A stretch of DNA of 64,000 nt from Parcubacteria group bacterium (GTDB lineage: Bacteria; Patescibacteriota; Minisyncoccia; Moranbacterales; GCA-2747515), in contig JBAZXC010000002.1 of assembly GCA_041660065.1 (NCBI GenBank), positions 25,084 through 89,083 on the forward strand. Direction: 5' to 3'. This document shows positions 29,585 to 39,307 of this stretch, piece by piece. The notes below the pieces were generated by a model that had not been told where the DNA came from, searched no databases, and saw nothing but the letters and a program-made list of their open reading frames with translations. Numbering within the stretch: the stretch's first letter is position 1; every line of letters starts with the position of its first letter. Position numbers and translations under genes: made by a program.

Positions 29585-30496
29585 TTATTTTATTCTGTTG
29601 AGCAAGACGACCAATTCATCATGCCGACGCTTGATCGAACTCAAGATCAGCCCTGCGATACCACTGATGAGCCCCGCGATAAAGAAAAACCCGGACACAA
29701 TAAGCGACGGCACACGCGTCACGACCCCTGTTTCAAAATATTCTTTCGTGCCATACCACCCCAAGATGACACCAGCTGCAAAACAAAAACCCAACAAAGT
29801 CGTAAAAAATTGCAACGGTTTATAATCGCGAAAGAGCGAGACAAGCGTATACAGTGCGATCGTGCCGTCGCGCACGGCATTGATCTTGGAATGACTGCCG
29901 TCAGGCCGTGCATGCAGAGAGATCGGCAATTCTCTTACGATCATTCCTTTTTCGACTGCCTGAATCGTTAATTCCGGCTCGATAGAAAAACCTCCGGCGA
30001 GAAGTGCTGTCGAATTCATGAAACGCTTGTTCATCACGCGCAGACCTGACTGCATATCATTGAGATGCGTATAAAAAAACATGTTGAGCGCGATATTCAA
30101 AAATTTGTTCCCAAACCAATGACTCGTGCTAAACGCATCTCTGTTGGTCACTGTCATGCGATCTCCCACTGCCATGTCAGCGACATCTTTTACGATCAAT
30201 TCTATCAACTGATGCACATCAGACGCTCGATACGTATCATCCCCATCCACAAGCACAAAGATATCTTCACGGAATTCCTCCAATGACCGCTGTACGGCAT
30301 GTCCCTTCCCCTGTTTTTTCTCAAATACCACTTCAGCACCCGCCTCCAGAGCCTTTGCGTGTGTGTGATCGGTGGAATTATTGTCCACCACCAAAACACG
30401 CGCTTGTGGCAATTCTTTCCTGAAATCGCCAATGACCTTTTGAATTGTTTTTTCCTCGTTGTAACATGGGATGACAACGATGATCTTTTCATTCAT
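29585..30496 (-). CDS. Polyprenol-phosphate glycosyltransferase-type GT2 (DPM/GtrB-like)
   Basis: IPCYNEE, VDNNSTD, GKG, DGDDTY, DMQSGLR, R..GS.SK; two C-terminal TM helices. Confidence 0.88.
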   Translation of the reverse strand: MNEKIIVVIPCYNEEKTIQKVIGDFRKELPQARVLVVDNNSTDHTHAKALEAGAEVVFEKKQGKGHAVQRSLEEFREDIFVLVDGDDTYRASDVHQLIELIVKDVADMAVGDRMTVTNRDAFSTSHWFGNKFLNIALNMFFYTHLNDMQSGLRVMNKRFMNSTALLAGGFSIEPELTIQAVEKGMIVRELPISLHARPDGSHSKINAVRDGTIALYTLVSLFRDYKPLQFFTTLLGFCFAAGVILGWYGTKEYFETGVVTRVPSLIVSGFFFIAGLISGIAGLILSSIKRRHDELVVLLNRIK

Positions 30497-30503
30497 ATAC
30501 TCT

Positions 30504-32261
30504 TTATTTTAACTTAAATACGGTAAAGTGCATACTCTCCCCCTTGTATTTTTCCGATTGCACATTATAGCGCTCTTCGATCAATTCCGGACTCAATGCG
30601 ATCGTCCCGGTAAATACATCCGAATTGGAAAGGATGATCTTTGCTCCAAAATCATTTTTGATCGCGTTGATAACCTTCTCACTATTTTCTTTTTTAAACG
30701 CGTTGCGAGATTCTGCGTCCGTTCTTTTGACCATTAATTCATCAAACAATTCATCTTTGCACACCTTTGGCAATTCACAATAGTACTTATATGCAAAAAT
30801 ATTATAATATTTCCAGTACAACGACTCATCATATGCTTTGAGTGTCAACGGCTCAATGCCCATGGAATATTTATTGTGTGCATTTGTAAAAAACATCAAA
30901 TTAAAATAACTCCAGTTATGCAAATACACCTTGTCACCATCATCAGAGTGCTCGTCGATCCACTGCGCCGCACGTTGCGCCGGACGATAATCAAATGTAT
31001 TTGCTTCATTATAAATATGTGAAAAAGAATACGCACACATGGCAAGTACAACAACCCACACGCTACATTCAAAGCCCTTCCCTCCAAACGATCGTGGCGG
31101 GATCAATTGTGTGTCAAGTAATGCTGTAATGACAAAGCCCAGCAAAAGGACAAGTGCCGGTATGAAAAAATCAAAAAGTCGTCCCGTAAGAAAAAAGGAT
31201 CCGCCCGCCATGCATAATGTAAAGATCATCAACGTGATCAACCAATGCATTTTACCTGCATGGAGCGCTTCATGCACATCAGCATCTTTTTCCCTAAATA
31301 AGTGATACATATATGCCACGGCCATCACACAAAAGATCATCGTAACCACGGTAACCGATTGTCCGAATGTATTCATCGTGAGATCCATCGTCGCCATTTC
31401 AATGCCGCCAAGTGATCCATGTGCTGATGCAGAACCACTTTGCTGGATCTTAAAAATCCATTGCAACCATCTAAACAATGACCCGGGAAAACCGGGAAAA
31501 AATGCCATGCCAAAAATAATCCCACCAAGCGCTGCCACAAAGACCTTTACATCAACCTTTTTTTCTACAAGATAACGAGAAAACTCCACCATGCCCACGA
31601 TGATAAGTGGCATAAAATATGTGGATTGATGCCACAACACATGAATGAGTACGACAAAAAAGAGGGGAACGTACTTTCTATGAATTGCAAAACGCATCTC
31701 AAAAAAAACAAGTGCGATCATCAAGACAAGAGCCCTCCCGAGCAACATCCTCGACACAAAAAACGATGACCCCACAAGAAGCAATGTAAAAAAAAGCGGA
31801 TGACGCACATGTTCTTTGCGCATCAAAAAATACATCAGTGCAATCACGACACCGCCATAAAACGCATCCAGAGCACGCAGTGCAAAAATCCAATCGTGGA
31901 AATATGTAAAAGGAATGAGCGACACTTGAAACAAACTCACGGCATAACGACTGCCACCATCTGAATGCGATAAAAGATAGATCCAATCGAAGTGATTGAC
32001 AGCATTCAATCCCTCCGTCCGAAGCAGATATGCATACTTGAGATGAAAATAATGATCATCAAATATCGGATCCCCCTCGGCAAAAGCATAGATCGTCATC
32101 ACAATAGCAAAGAACACGACAAAAAGAATCGTCGACGCAATGCGTGGACGACCCCAAATATTTTTCAAAAAAACCACACCCTGATCAATCGCTCGATGCA
32201 TGACATGACGCCCTCGATCTTCAGTCACTGCCGTCGCATTCTTTTTTCGCTTTTTCCCCAT
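30504..32261 (-). CDS. Polytopic membrane protein, putative GT-C glycosyltransferase (copy 1)
   Basis: Many TM segments, acidic DPIFDDHYFH motif in the first external loop, soluble C-terminal domain. Confidence 0.6.
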   Translation of the reverse strand: MGKKRKKNATAVTEDRGRHVMHRAIDQGVVFLKNIWGRPRIASTILFVVFFAIVMTIYAFAEGDPIFDDHYFHLKYAYLLRTEGLNAVNHFDWIYLLSHSDGGSRYAVSLFQVSLIPFTYFHDWIFALRALDAFYGGVVIALMYFLMRKEHVRHPLFFTLLLVGSSFFVSRMLLGRALVLMIALVFFEMRFAIHRKYVPLFFVVLIHVLWHQSTYFMPLIIVGMVEFSRYLVEKKVDVKVFVAALGGIIFGMAFFPGFPGSLFRWLQWIFKIQQSGSASAHGSLGGIEMATMDLTMNTFGQSVTVVTMIFCVMAVAYMYHLFREKDADVHEALHAGKMHWLITLMIFTLCMAGGSFFLTGRLFDFFIPALVLLLGFVITALLDTQLIPPRSFGGKGFECSVWVVVLAMCAYSFSHIYNEANTFDYRPAQRAAQWIDEHSDDGDKVYLHNWSYFNLMFFTNAHNKYSMGIEPLTLKAYDESLYWKYYNIFAYKYYCELPKVCKDELFDELMVKRTDAESRNAFKKENSEKVINAIKNDFGAKIILSNSDVFTGTIALSPELIEERYNVQSEKYKGESMHFTVFKLK

Positions 32262-32265
32262 ACTG

Positions 32266-33963
32266 TTATTTTAACTTAAATACCGTAAATTCCATATATT
32301 TCCCTGCAAATTTCTCAGATTTTACATGAAATTGATCCTCGATCAGATCGGGATTCCGCTCGATCGTTTCACTAAACACGTCTGATCCCGATATGATAAA
32401 TTGCGCGTCAAAATCATTTTTGATGGAAGTGATGATCTTGCGACTATTTTCTTTCTCCACTTGATCTTTTTTATCCTGACTCGCATCTTTGATGTTTTGC
32501 TTGAGTGCTGTAACGATATCGCCGCAATCACCCGGTTTATCACAATAATAATTATACCGAAACATATTATAATATTTCCAGTATAGTGCTTCATCATAGG
32601 ATTTTAAACTCATCGGCTCAATACCGGTACTATAGACATTATGCGAGTTTTCAAAAAACATCAGTGGAAAATTTCCCCAATCCTGCAAAAAGACCTTGTC
32701 CCTTCCCGTTGAATGCTCTTGTACCCATTGCGCCGCTTGCCGGGCGGGTGAATAATCATATTGCTGGGCAAGCGCATAGATATTGATCCCTGTATTCAAA
32801 AAAAGTATACCACAATACAATCCTATGCCAAATTTTAGAAACGTACCGAAAGAGCGTTCCATCGTGACTTTTTCGGTCATACCGATAAATGTCACCAAGA
32901 ACGCCACAAGGACAAATGCGATCGGAATAAAAAAATCAAAGACACGTCCACTCATCGTAATTGTGGCTGACATCATGCTGATCATCGATACAAAAAGCGC
33001 GTAGATCCAGATCACCTGTTTTTTGTCCGTTTTTTGCAAAAAAGAATCCCCGTGCTTTTTTTGTGTTACATAGATAAAAATAACGGCGATACTGCTAAGA
33101 ACGATCAGGAGGAGGAGCATTTTTTCTTCGGCAAAGTAATTCATAAAATCCTTTGATGCCATTTCCCCACCGCCAATCGACTGTGCGTTGCCGGTCTGCA
33201 CATCTGTCTGCGCAGTCGTTTGCAGACTGATAATATTACCCGCCCACAAAAATAGCGACTGCGGAAATCCCGGAAAAAATGCCATGCCCACAACCGTTGC
33301 AAGTGCCGTGGATGCAATATTTCTCAAAAACATCTTATGCTCCGTCAAATATCGCGCAATTTCCACAACACCGACAAAAAAGATCGGCATGAAATATGTG
33401 GATTGATGCCACAACACATGAAATATGCACACCAGGAACAATTGCTTATACTTCCTTTCAACCGCAAAATATAATTCCAAAAAGATCAATCCAACCGCCA
33501 AAACAAACGCGCGACCCAATAGCAATCGCTCGATGAAATACATGGAGCTAAATAATGCCACGATAAAAAAGAGAGGATATCGCACATGCGCTTTTCGCAA
33601 GACATAATAGATTAAAGCAAGTGCCGCACTGAGATAAAATGCATCCGCAATATACAACCCCAGCAACCAATCGTGAAAATATGTAAATGGAATCAGCGAC
33701 ACTTGAAATAACGTTGCCGCATAACGACTGCCACTATCAGAATGCGACAAAAGATAGATCCAATCAAAATGATTTACGGCGTTCAATCCTTCCGTTCGAA
33801 GCAGATATGCATACTTGAAGTGAAAATAATGATCATCCATGCGCGGATCACCCGCCGCATATGCATAGATCAACGATATACTCACAAATATCCCCAAAAA
33901 TACGACGAAAGCTGCACTGAGAGGATGAAGACTCCAGTGCTTTTTTATACGATCCCACAACAT
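32266..33963 (-). CDS. Polytopic membrane protein, putative GT-C glycosyltransferase (copy 2)
   Basis: Full-length paralog of copy 1 (DPRMDDHYFH...LLRTEGLNAVNHFDWIYLLSHSD); first gene after the major pilin. Confidence 0.6.
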   Translation of the reverse strand: MLWDRIKKHWSLHPLSAAFVVFLGIFVSISLIYAYAAGDPRMDDHYFHFKYAYLLRTEGLNAVNHFDWIYLLSHSDSGSRYAATLFQVSLIPFTYFHDWLLGLYIADAFYLSAALALIYYVLRKAHVRYPLFFIVALFSSMYFIERLLLGRAFVLAVGLIFLELYFAVERKYKQLFLVCIFHVLWHQSTYFMPIFFVGVVEIARYLTEHKMFLRNIASTALATVVGMAFFPGFPQSLFLWAGNIISLQTTAQTDVQTGNAQSIGGGEMASKDFMNYFAEEKMLLLLIVLSSIAVIFIYVTQKKHGDSFLQKTDKKQVIWIYALFVSMISMMSATITMSGRVFDFFIPIAFVLVAFLVTFIGMTEKVTMERSFGTFLKFGIGLYCGILFLNTGINIYALAQQYDYSPARQAAQWVQEHSTGRDKVFLQDWGNFPLMFFENSHNVYSTGIEPMSLKSYDEALYWKYYNMFRYNYYCDKPGDCGDIVTALKQNIKDASQDKKDQVEKENSRKIITSIKNDFDAQFIISGSDVFSETIERNPDLIEDQFHVKSEKFAGKYMEFTVFKLK

Positions 33964-34053
33964 AAATTTATCATTAAAGCATGTATCCTGCACCAAAAAA
34001 CTCTATCTACTTGCTGTTTACCATAAACAGCAAGTAAGAACAATCTTTTTGTA

Positions 34054-34440
34054 CTAACAACCTGCGAAAGTTGTCGATGTTTCTGTAACTGTTGCACTTG
34101 TACAACCACCTGCTTCATTTGCATTTGCTGTAACAGTAAGTCGGAATGTACCACCTGCACACTGGTTGCCAATGGCGATGCTGCTGATAACCGGTGAAGC
34201 TGGATATGTTGCCTGTACTGCCGGGCTACAAATTTCTGCACCTGAAGTAGTTTGCAATGCGCCACCCACCTGATCACAACACAAAATTGCTGCTGGAGCA
34301 ATTGATGATGCTGATGATTTGAATGATGCTTGTTTTGCTTTATTACGTGCACTGTTCAACGATACCAAAACAATAGATGCCAAGATACCGATGATCGCGA
34401 TCACGATCAAAAGTTCAATCAATGTAAAACCTTTTTTCAT
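34054..34440 (-). CDS. pilA: Type IV pilin, likely the major pilin
   Basis: MKKG|FTLIELL; strong SD GGAGGTGA upstream; downstream of pilC. Confidence 0.88.
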   Translation of the reverse strand: MKKGFTLIELLIVIAIIGILASIVLVSLNSARNKAKQASFKSSASSIAPAAILCCDQVGGALQTTSGAEICSPAVQATYPASPVISSIAIGNQCAGGTFRLTVTANANEAGGCTSATVTETSTTFAGC

Positions 34441-34546
34441 CTATATGTCACCTCCATTCTTTTTTTGTTTTTTTCTTTACTAAACTATTATACACCCGAA
34501 TGTCAAAATATGTAACCCCTCCATCCACAACTTATACCCATGCCAG

Positions 34547-34640
34547 TTTTCAATGATCAATTATCAATTTTCAAAAAAATAATTTCTTGCGCTTTCAATT
34601 TCTACTCCCTACCACCTACTTACTACCACCTACTCCCTAG
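34547..34640. repeat. Two adjacent heptamer arrays between pilC and the pilin
   Basis: ttttcaa tgatcaa ttatcaa ttttcaa, then tttctac tccctac cacctac ttactac cacctac tccctag. Confidence 0.85.
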
Positions 34641-34641
34641 A

Positions 34642-35850
34642 TCACAATTGTCCCGCAATATTATAGATCGGCAACAAAACAGCCATGACCAATACACCCA
34701 CACCCAATCCCAAGATCACGATAAGGATCGGCTCAATGATCGACGAAAGATTGCGCGTGATCTGATCGACTTCCGAAGTATAAAATCGCGCAACATCTTC
34801 CAATATCTCGCTGAGACGACCAGTCTCCTCACCAATCTTGATCATGCTCGATACCATTGGTGGAAATTCATCGTGTTTGAAAAATTCCTTATTGATCTCA
34901 CCGCCAACTTTGACATCCTGTGCTGATTTAAGGATGATGTTTTTGTACACGATATTGTCCACGACATCCGCCACAACGATGAGCGCACGCACAATCGGGA
35001 TACCTCCCTTGAGGAGAACGGAGAGATTGTCCGCAAAGCGCGTGATATAGACATACTGGAATAATTGACCGACAACAGGGATGCGCAATTTGATCCGATC
35101 CCACTCCTTTTTACCCTCTTCAGAACGCGCGTAATAGATCATCGAAGCAACAATGCCCGCAATCACAATAAGAACGGCCCACCAATACGCTTGCATGAAA
35201 TCCCCGATCTTGATCATTAATTGCGTGTACCATGGGATCTCTACATTCAATTCTTTGATCACTTGTGTCAACCGTGGCAAGATCCACGTCATCGTCAAAA
35301 ATCCGATAACCCCGGCAACACTGATCACAAAGACCGGATACATCAAGGCACCGCGCACCTTGCTTTTTAATTGATAATTTTGTTCAGCACTTTGGGCGAC
35401 AAATTCGATCGCCCCTTGCAAATTACCGGATAATTCACCCGCTCTGATCATATGGACAGCAAGCGTCGTGAACACATTTTCATGTTTTGCAAAACTTTCC
35501 GAAATCGACATACCATCCTCCACATCGGCGGCAACCTCGGTAATGACGAGTCGTAACTGGACATTTTGCGTCTGATTATGAATCGTGCGCAACGCAGGCG
35601 CGATTGGAATTTTTGCACCGACAAGTGTCGACAACTCACGATAAAAAAGCAAAAGATCCTTCTGCGAGATCGATGATGTCATTCTCTCCAAAGCGGCGGC
35701 CAGTGAGGTTCCCGGCTTGTATTCTTTCAATTCCAACGGGACGAGGTCATTCTTCTGTAATAATTGTGTCGCTGTTTCTCTGTCGATCGCCTCAATTTTT
35801 CCCCGCTTCACTTCACCCTCGCGCGTAGTTGCCTTAAATTTAAATTGCAT
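34642..35850 (-). CDS. pilC: Type IV pilus platform protein (PilC/GspF)
   Basis: AGELSGNL, GALMYP, IGEETG.L, IEP...LPIY. Confidence 0.95.
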   Translation of the reverse strand: MQFKFKATTREGEVKRGKIEAIDRETATQLLQKNDLVPLELKEYKPGTSLAAALERMTSSISQKDLLLFYRELSTLVGAKIPIAPALRTIHNQTQNVQLRLVITEVAADVEDGMSISESFAKHENVFTTLAVHMIRAGELSGNLQGAIEFVAQSAEQNYQLKSKVRGALMYPVFVISVAGVIGFLTMTWILPRLTQVIKELNVEIPWYTQLMIKIGDFMQAYWWAVLIVIAGIVASMIYYARSEEGKKEWDRIKLRIPVVGQLFQYVYITRFADNLSVLLKGGIPIVRALIVVADVVDNIVYKNIILKSAQDVKVGGEINKEFFKHDEFPPMVSSMIKIGEETGRLSEILEDVARFYTSEVDQITRNLSSIIEPILIVILGLGVGVLVMAVLLPIYNIAGQL

Positions 35851-35857
35851 AAAAAAT

Positions 35858-35986
35858 AGTTTATAAAGTTAAAAGTTTGTAAAGTTTAAATTTTATAAAG
35901 TAAATAATAATTCATATTTGTAATAGCATAAGATTGTTATTGATTGAAAAGACTTTATGAGCTTTTCACTTTCGACTTTATAAACT
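35858..35986. repeat. Inverted AAAGT/ACTTT arrays between pilT and pilC
   Basis: Perfect IR agtttataaagt (35858-35869) / actttataaact (35975-35986) with further imperfect units inside. Confidence 0.8.
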
Positions 35987-35992
35987 GCTTAT

Positions 35993-37093
35993 TTATTCTT
36001 CAATATGTATTTGCTCTCCCCGCCCCACAAGCATACGGACATAATCACGATTCTTGGCATATGTCATTGCATAATCCAATGAGATGTCGCCGGACTGCAA
36101 CAATTGCGCAAGCGCTTTGTCCAGAGAGATCATCCCTTCTTTTGAGCTTGTTTCGATCACGGTGTCGATCTGATATGTTTTGTCTTCGCGGATGAGATTC
36201 TCGATCGCATGATTCTTGATCATGATCTCGCATGCCGGCACGCGACCGCCATTTGTATGTGGGATCAAGCGTTGTGACATGACACCGAGAAGCACATTTG
36301 CAAGTTGCGCGCGGATCTGATTTTGCTGATGTGACGGAAATGTATCCACAATACGATCGATCGTTTGTGCCGCATCATTGGTATGCAGTGTGGCAAAGAT
36401 CAAATGTCCGGTTTCTGCAGCAGTGATCGCCGTGCCAATCGTTTCAAGATCACGCATCTCTCCAATCAATATCACATTGGTATCCTCACGCAATGCCGCA
36501 CGCAGAGCACCGGAAAATGTTTGCGAATCCTGTCCGATCTCCCTTTGATTGATAATGCAGAGATCCTGCTCATACATATACTCGATCGGATCTTCGATGG
36601 TGATCACATGACTTTTCTTGTTGTGGTTGATATAATCCACAAGCGCGGCAAGCGTCGTTGACTTCCCATGTCCTACCGGACCCGTTACGAGAAAGAGTCC
36701 CTGCGAAAAATTTGCAAATTCATAAACCAATTGTGGCACACCCAATTCATCAAGCTGTCGAATATGACTATTGATCACACGCATGACAATGCCGACATGA
36801 CCCCTCTGATAAAACACATTGGTACGAAATCGCACTTTTTCTTCCAAACTGTACGAAAAATCAATTTCACCACTTTCGAGAAATTTTTCCTTATGATGTG
36901 CATTCATGAAGTAGTCCGCAAACGCTTTTGTATCTTCCGGTAACAAAACGGCCTCTTGTTCAAGCGGGATCAGCTTTCCATCGATCCTAAGGGTTGGATG
37001 TCTTCCTACGGCAAAATGAAGATCTGACGCATTTTGTTGTGCACCCAATCGCAATAAATTTTTCAACCGTTGTTCTACGTGTAAAGAGCTCAT
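35993..37093 (-). CDS. pilT: Pilus retraction ATPase
   Basis: ASDLH, GPVGHGKSTT, TIEDPIE, ALRED, GEMRD, AAETGH, AIENLIRE. Confidence 0.95.
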   Translation of the reverse strand: MSSLHVEQRLKNLLRLGAQQNASDLHFAVGRHPTLRIDGKLIPLEQEAVLLPEDTKAFADYFMNAHHKEKFLESGEIDFSYSLEEKVRFRTNVFYQRGHVGIVMRVINSHIRQLDELGVPQLVYEFANFSQGLFLVTGPVGHGKSTTLAALVDYINHNKKSHVITIEDPIEYMYEQDLCIINQREIGQDSQTFSGALRAALREDTNVILIGEMRDLETIGTAITAAETGHLIFATLHTNDAAQTIDRIVDTFPSHQQNQIRAQLANVLLGVMSQRLIPHTNGGRVPACEIMIKNHAIENLIREDKTYQIDTVIETSSKEGMISLDKALAQLLQSGDISLDYAMTYAKNRDYVRMLVGRGEQIHIEE

Positions 37094-37141
37094 AATCCGT
37101 ATATATTTTTATTTTAATTTAAGACTTTCTGCAAACATCTC

Positions 37142-37531
37142 CTATGTCATGTATTTTTGCACCTTTGCCAAAACTTCCGATGGTGTAAAATGTGATTTGA
37201 TCAAAAAATCTTTTGCACCAAGCGCCATGCCTCGATCCACATCTTCTTTTTGTGAAAGATTTGTCAGCAAAACGACAGGGATTTCCTTCCATTCCGGACG
37301 ATGACTGATCGCCTCCAAAACATCAAAGCCATCCATATACGGCATGACAATGTCCAAAAGCATGATATTGGGTCGCGCGCCGGCCTCCAACTTTTCAATT
37401 GCATCACGACCGTTACTTGCCAAAATGACGTTATATCCCGCATCTTTCAGCTTTACCTCATAAATATCGCCAATGAACGCATCGTCTTCCGCGATCATGA
37501 TGGTTTTTTTTGTTGTTTCTTCTTGTGTCAT
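37142..37531 (-). CDS. Single-domain response regulator (receiver)
   Basis: IAEDD, LLDIVMP.MDG, LTN, FLIK. Confidence 0.92.
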   Translation of the reverse strand: MTQEETTKKTIMIAEDDAFIGDIYEVKLKDAGYNVILASNGRDAIEKLEAGARPNIMLLDIVMPYMDGFDVLEAISHRPEWKEIPVVLLTNLSQKEDVDRGMALGAKDFLIKSHFTPSEVLAKVQKYMT

Positions 37532-37561
37532 AGGTTTTCTTTATAATGAAATAAGATTTTA

Positions 37562-39292
37562 TCAATGCGCGTGTTTTTTATCCTTTTGCATCTGATCCTC
37601 ATCAGTGACTTCATCAAGTTTTCCGCCAATGCTCATATCCCCTTCCGTAACGCGTTCGAGCTCAGACAACGTTGTCAATCCAAGCAGTACTTTCAGTATA
37701 CCATCTTGTTTCAAAGTAATAAATCCCTTATTGCGCGCTTGTCTTTCAACCTTGACGATATTACCTTCTTCTTCTACGATCAAATTTTGCATGTCATTAT
37801 CCACTTCAATTGCTTCATAGAGAGCGAGGCGTCCTTTCAATCCCAATTCGCCACAGTTCTTGCACCCTTTCCCATGATAAAATTTGAACCCCTGTGATAT
37901 ATCCAATCCGTATTTTTTCATTTCCTCCTCGGATACACCTTCCAAATCACGTTTGATCTGCTCCACGATATTATCCGGCATATGCATTTCCTCTTTACAA
38001 TCCGGACAAATGCTTCGCACCAGGCGCTGCGCAGCGATCACGCGCAAAGCGGATGCGATCAGAAACGGCTCAATGCCCAAATCAATAAGTCGTGGCAACG
38101 CACCAATGGCATTATTTGTATGCACCGTCGAAAAAACAAGATGTCCGGTAAGCGCAGCATGTACAGCGAGTTCTGCAGTTTCACCATCACGAATCTCACC
38201 TACCATGATCACATTTGGATCCTGACGGAGAATACTGCGCAAACCGCTTGCAAAAGAATATCCGATTTCCGGCTTGACCTGTGATTGGTTGATGCCCGGA
38301 ACAAAATACTCTACGGGATCCTCCAATGTAATAATGTTTCGTTCCTCCCCATTGAGAATCTGCAAAAAAGCATACAATGTGGTGGATTTCCCCGATCCGG
38401 TCGGCCCTGTCATAAGGATCATGCCATACGGATCTTTGATGCGCTTCAAGAACATCTCATGCTGTGTGCCCATCATACCAAGTTCAATAAGATCAAATGT
38501 CTGACGATCCTTTTCCAAAACACGCATCACAATTTTTTCACCCTCAACAACAGGCAAACTGGATACACGAAAATCAATATCATTTCCCTGATCATTGATG
38601 CGAAACCGTCCATCTTGCGGCTTGCGTCTTTCATCAATTTTCAAATTAGAAAGGATCTTAATGCGAGAAATTACCGCTCTACCCACATCCTCAGGAAATG
38701 TCAGAGATGCATGCAAAATACCATCCTGTCGAAAACGCACACGATATGTTTTGTCAATTGGTTCAATATGAATGTCTGATGCCTTTCCATCCAACGCATG
38801 CTTGATAATCACATGCACAAGCTTTGCCACAGGCGCATCTTGGATACTTTCTCTCTCACCGATAACATTAAGTGAGTCTTTTTTCTCCTCATCTTCAATC
38901 TCAAAAGATTGCACCACATCTTCCACCGCTTTTTCGGCACTACCATACAACGCATAGAGTTTCTCCAACAATTCATCCCCGGCGAGATAGATCTCAATAT
39001 TCATATGATCCTTCTGCGCAATAAATCGCAAAATATTCAACGCATTGACATCCTGTATATCTTTCATGGCGACGTGCAGTGTTTTGGTTTTTTTGTCACG
39101 ATCAAAAATCGCAATTCTATTTTTCTTTGCGATATCTTCAGACAACATCTGAATTGATTCTCGATTTGCATTCGTCGGTATATCTACCAGCACTTTCACT
39201 CCCAATTCCTGTGCACGCGCGACAAGCTGATCACGCTCATCGTGATCCTTTTGCCCGACATCATCCTGCGTTTCGTTTTCGCCTTGTGTCAT
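37562..39292 (-). CDS. pilB: Pilus assembly ATPase (PilB/GspE)
   Basis: ASDIHIEP, PQDGR, GPTGSGKS, LRQDP, GEIRD, two CxxC. Confidence 0.95.
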   Translation of the reverse strand: MTQGENETQDDVGQKDHDERDQLVARAQELGVKVLVDIPTNANRESIQMLSEDIAKKNRIAIFDRDKKTKTLHVAMKDIQDVNALNILRFIAQKDHMNIEIYLAGDELLEKLYALYGSAEKAVEDVVQSFEIEDEEKKDSLNVIGERESIQDAPVAKLVHVIIKHALDGKASDIHIEPIDKTYRVRFRQDGILHASLTFPEDVGRAVISRIKILSNLKIDERRKPQDGRFRINDQGNDIDFRVSSLPVVEGEKIVMRVLEKDRQTFDLIELGMMGTQHEMFLKRIKDPYGMILMTGPTGSGKSTTLYAFLQILNGEERNIITLEDPVEYFVPGINQSQVKPEIGYSFASGLRSILRQDPNVIMVGEIRDGETAELAVHAALTGHLVFSTVHTNNAIGALPRLIDLGIEPFLIASALRVIAAQRLVRSICPDCKEEMHMPDNIVEQIKRDLEGVSEEEMKKYGLDISQGFKFYHGKGCKNCGELGLKGRLALYEAIEVDNDMQNLIVEEEGNIVKVERQARNKGFITLKQDGILKVLLGLTTLSELERVTEGDMSIGGKLDEVTDEDQMQKDKKHAH

Positions 39293-39307
39293 AATTCTGT
39301 AAAAAAA

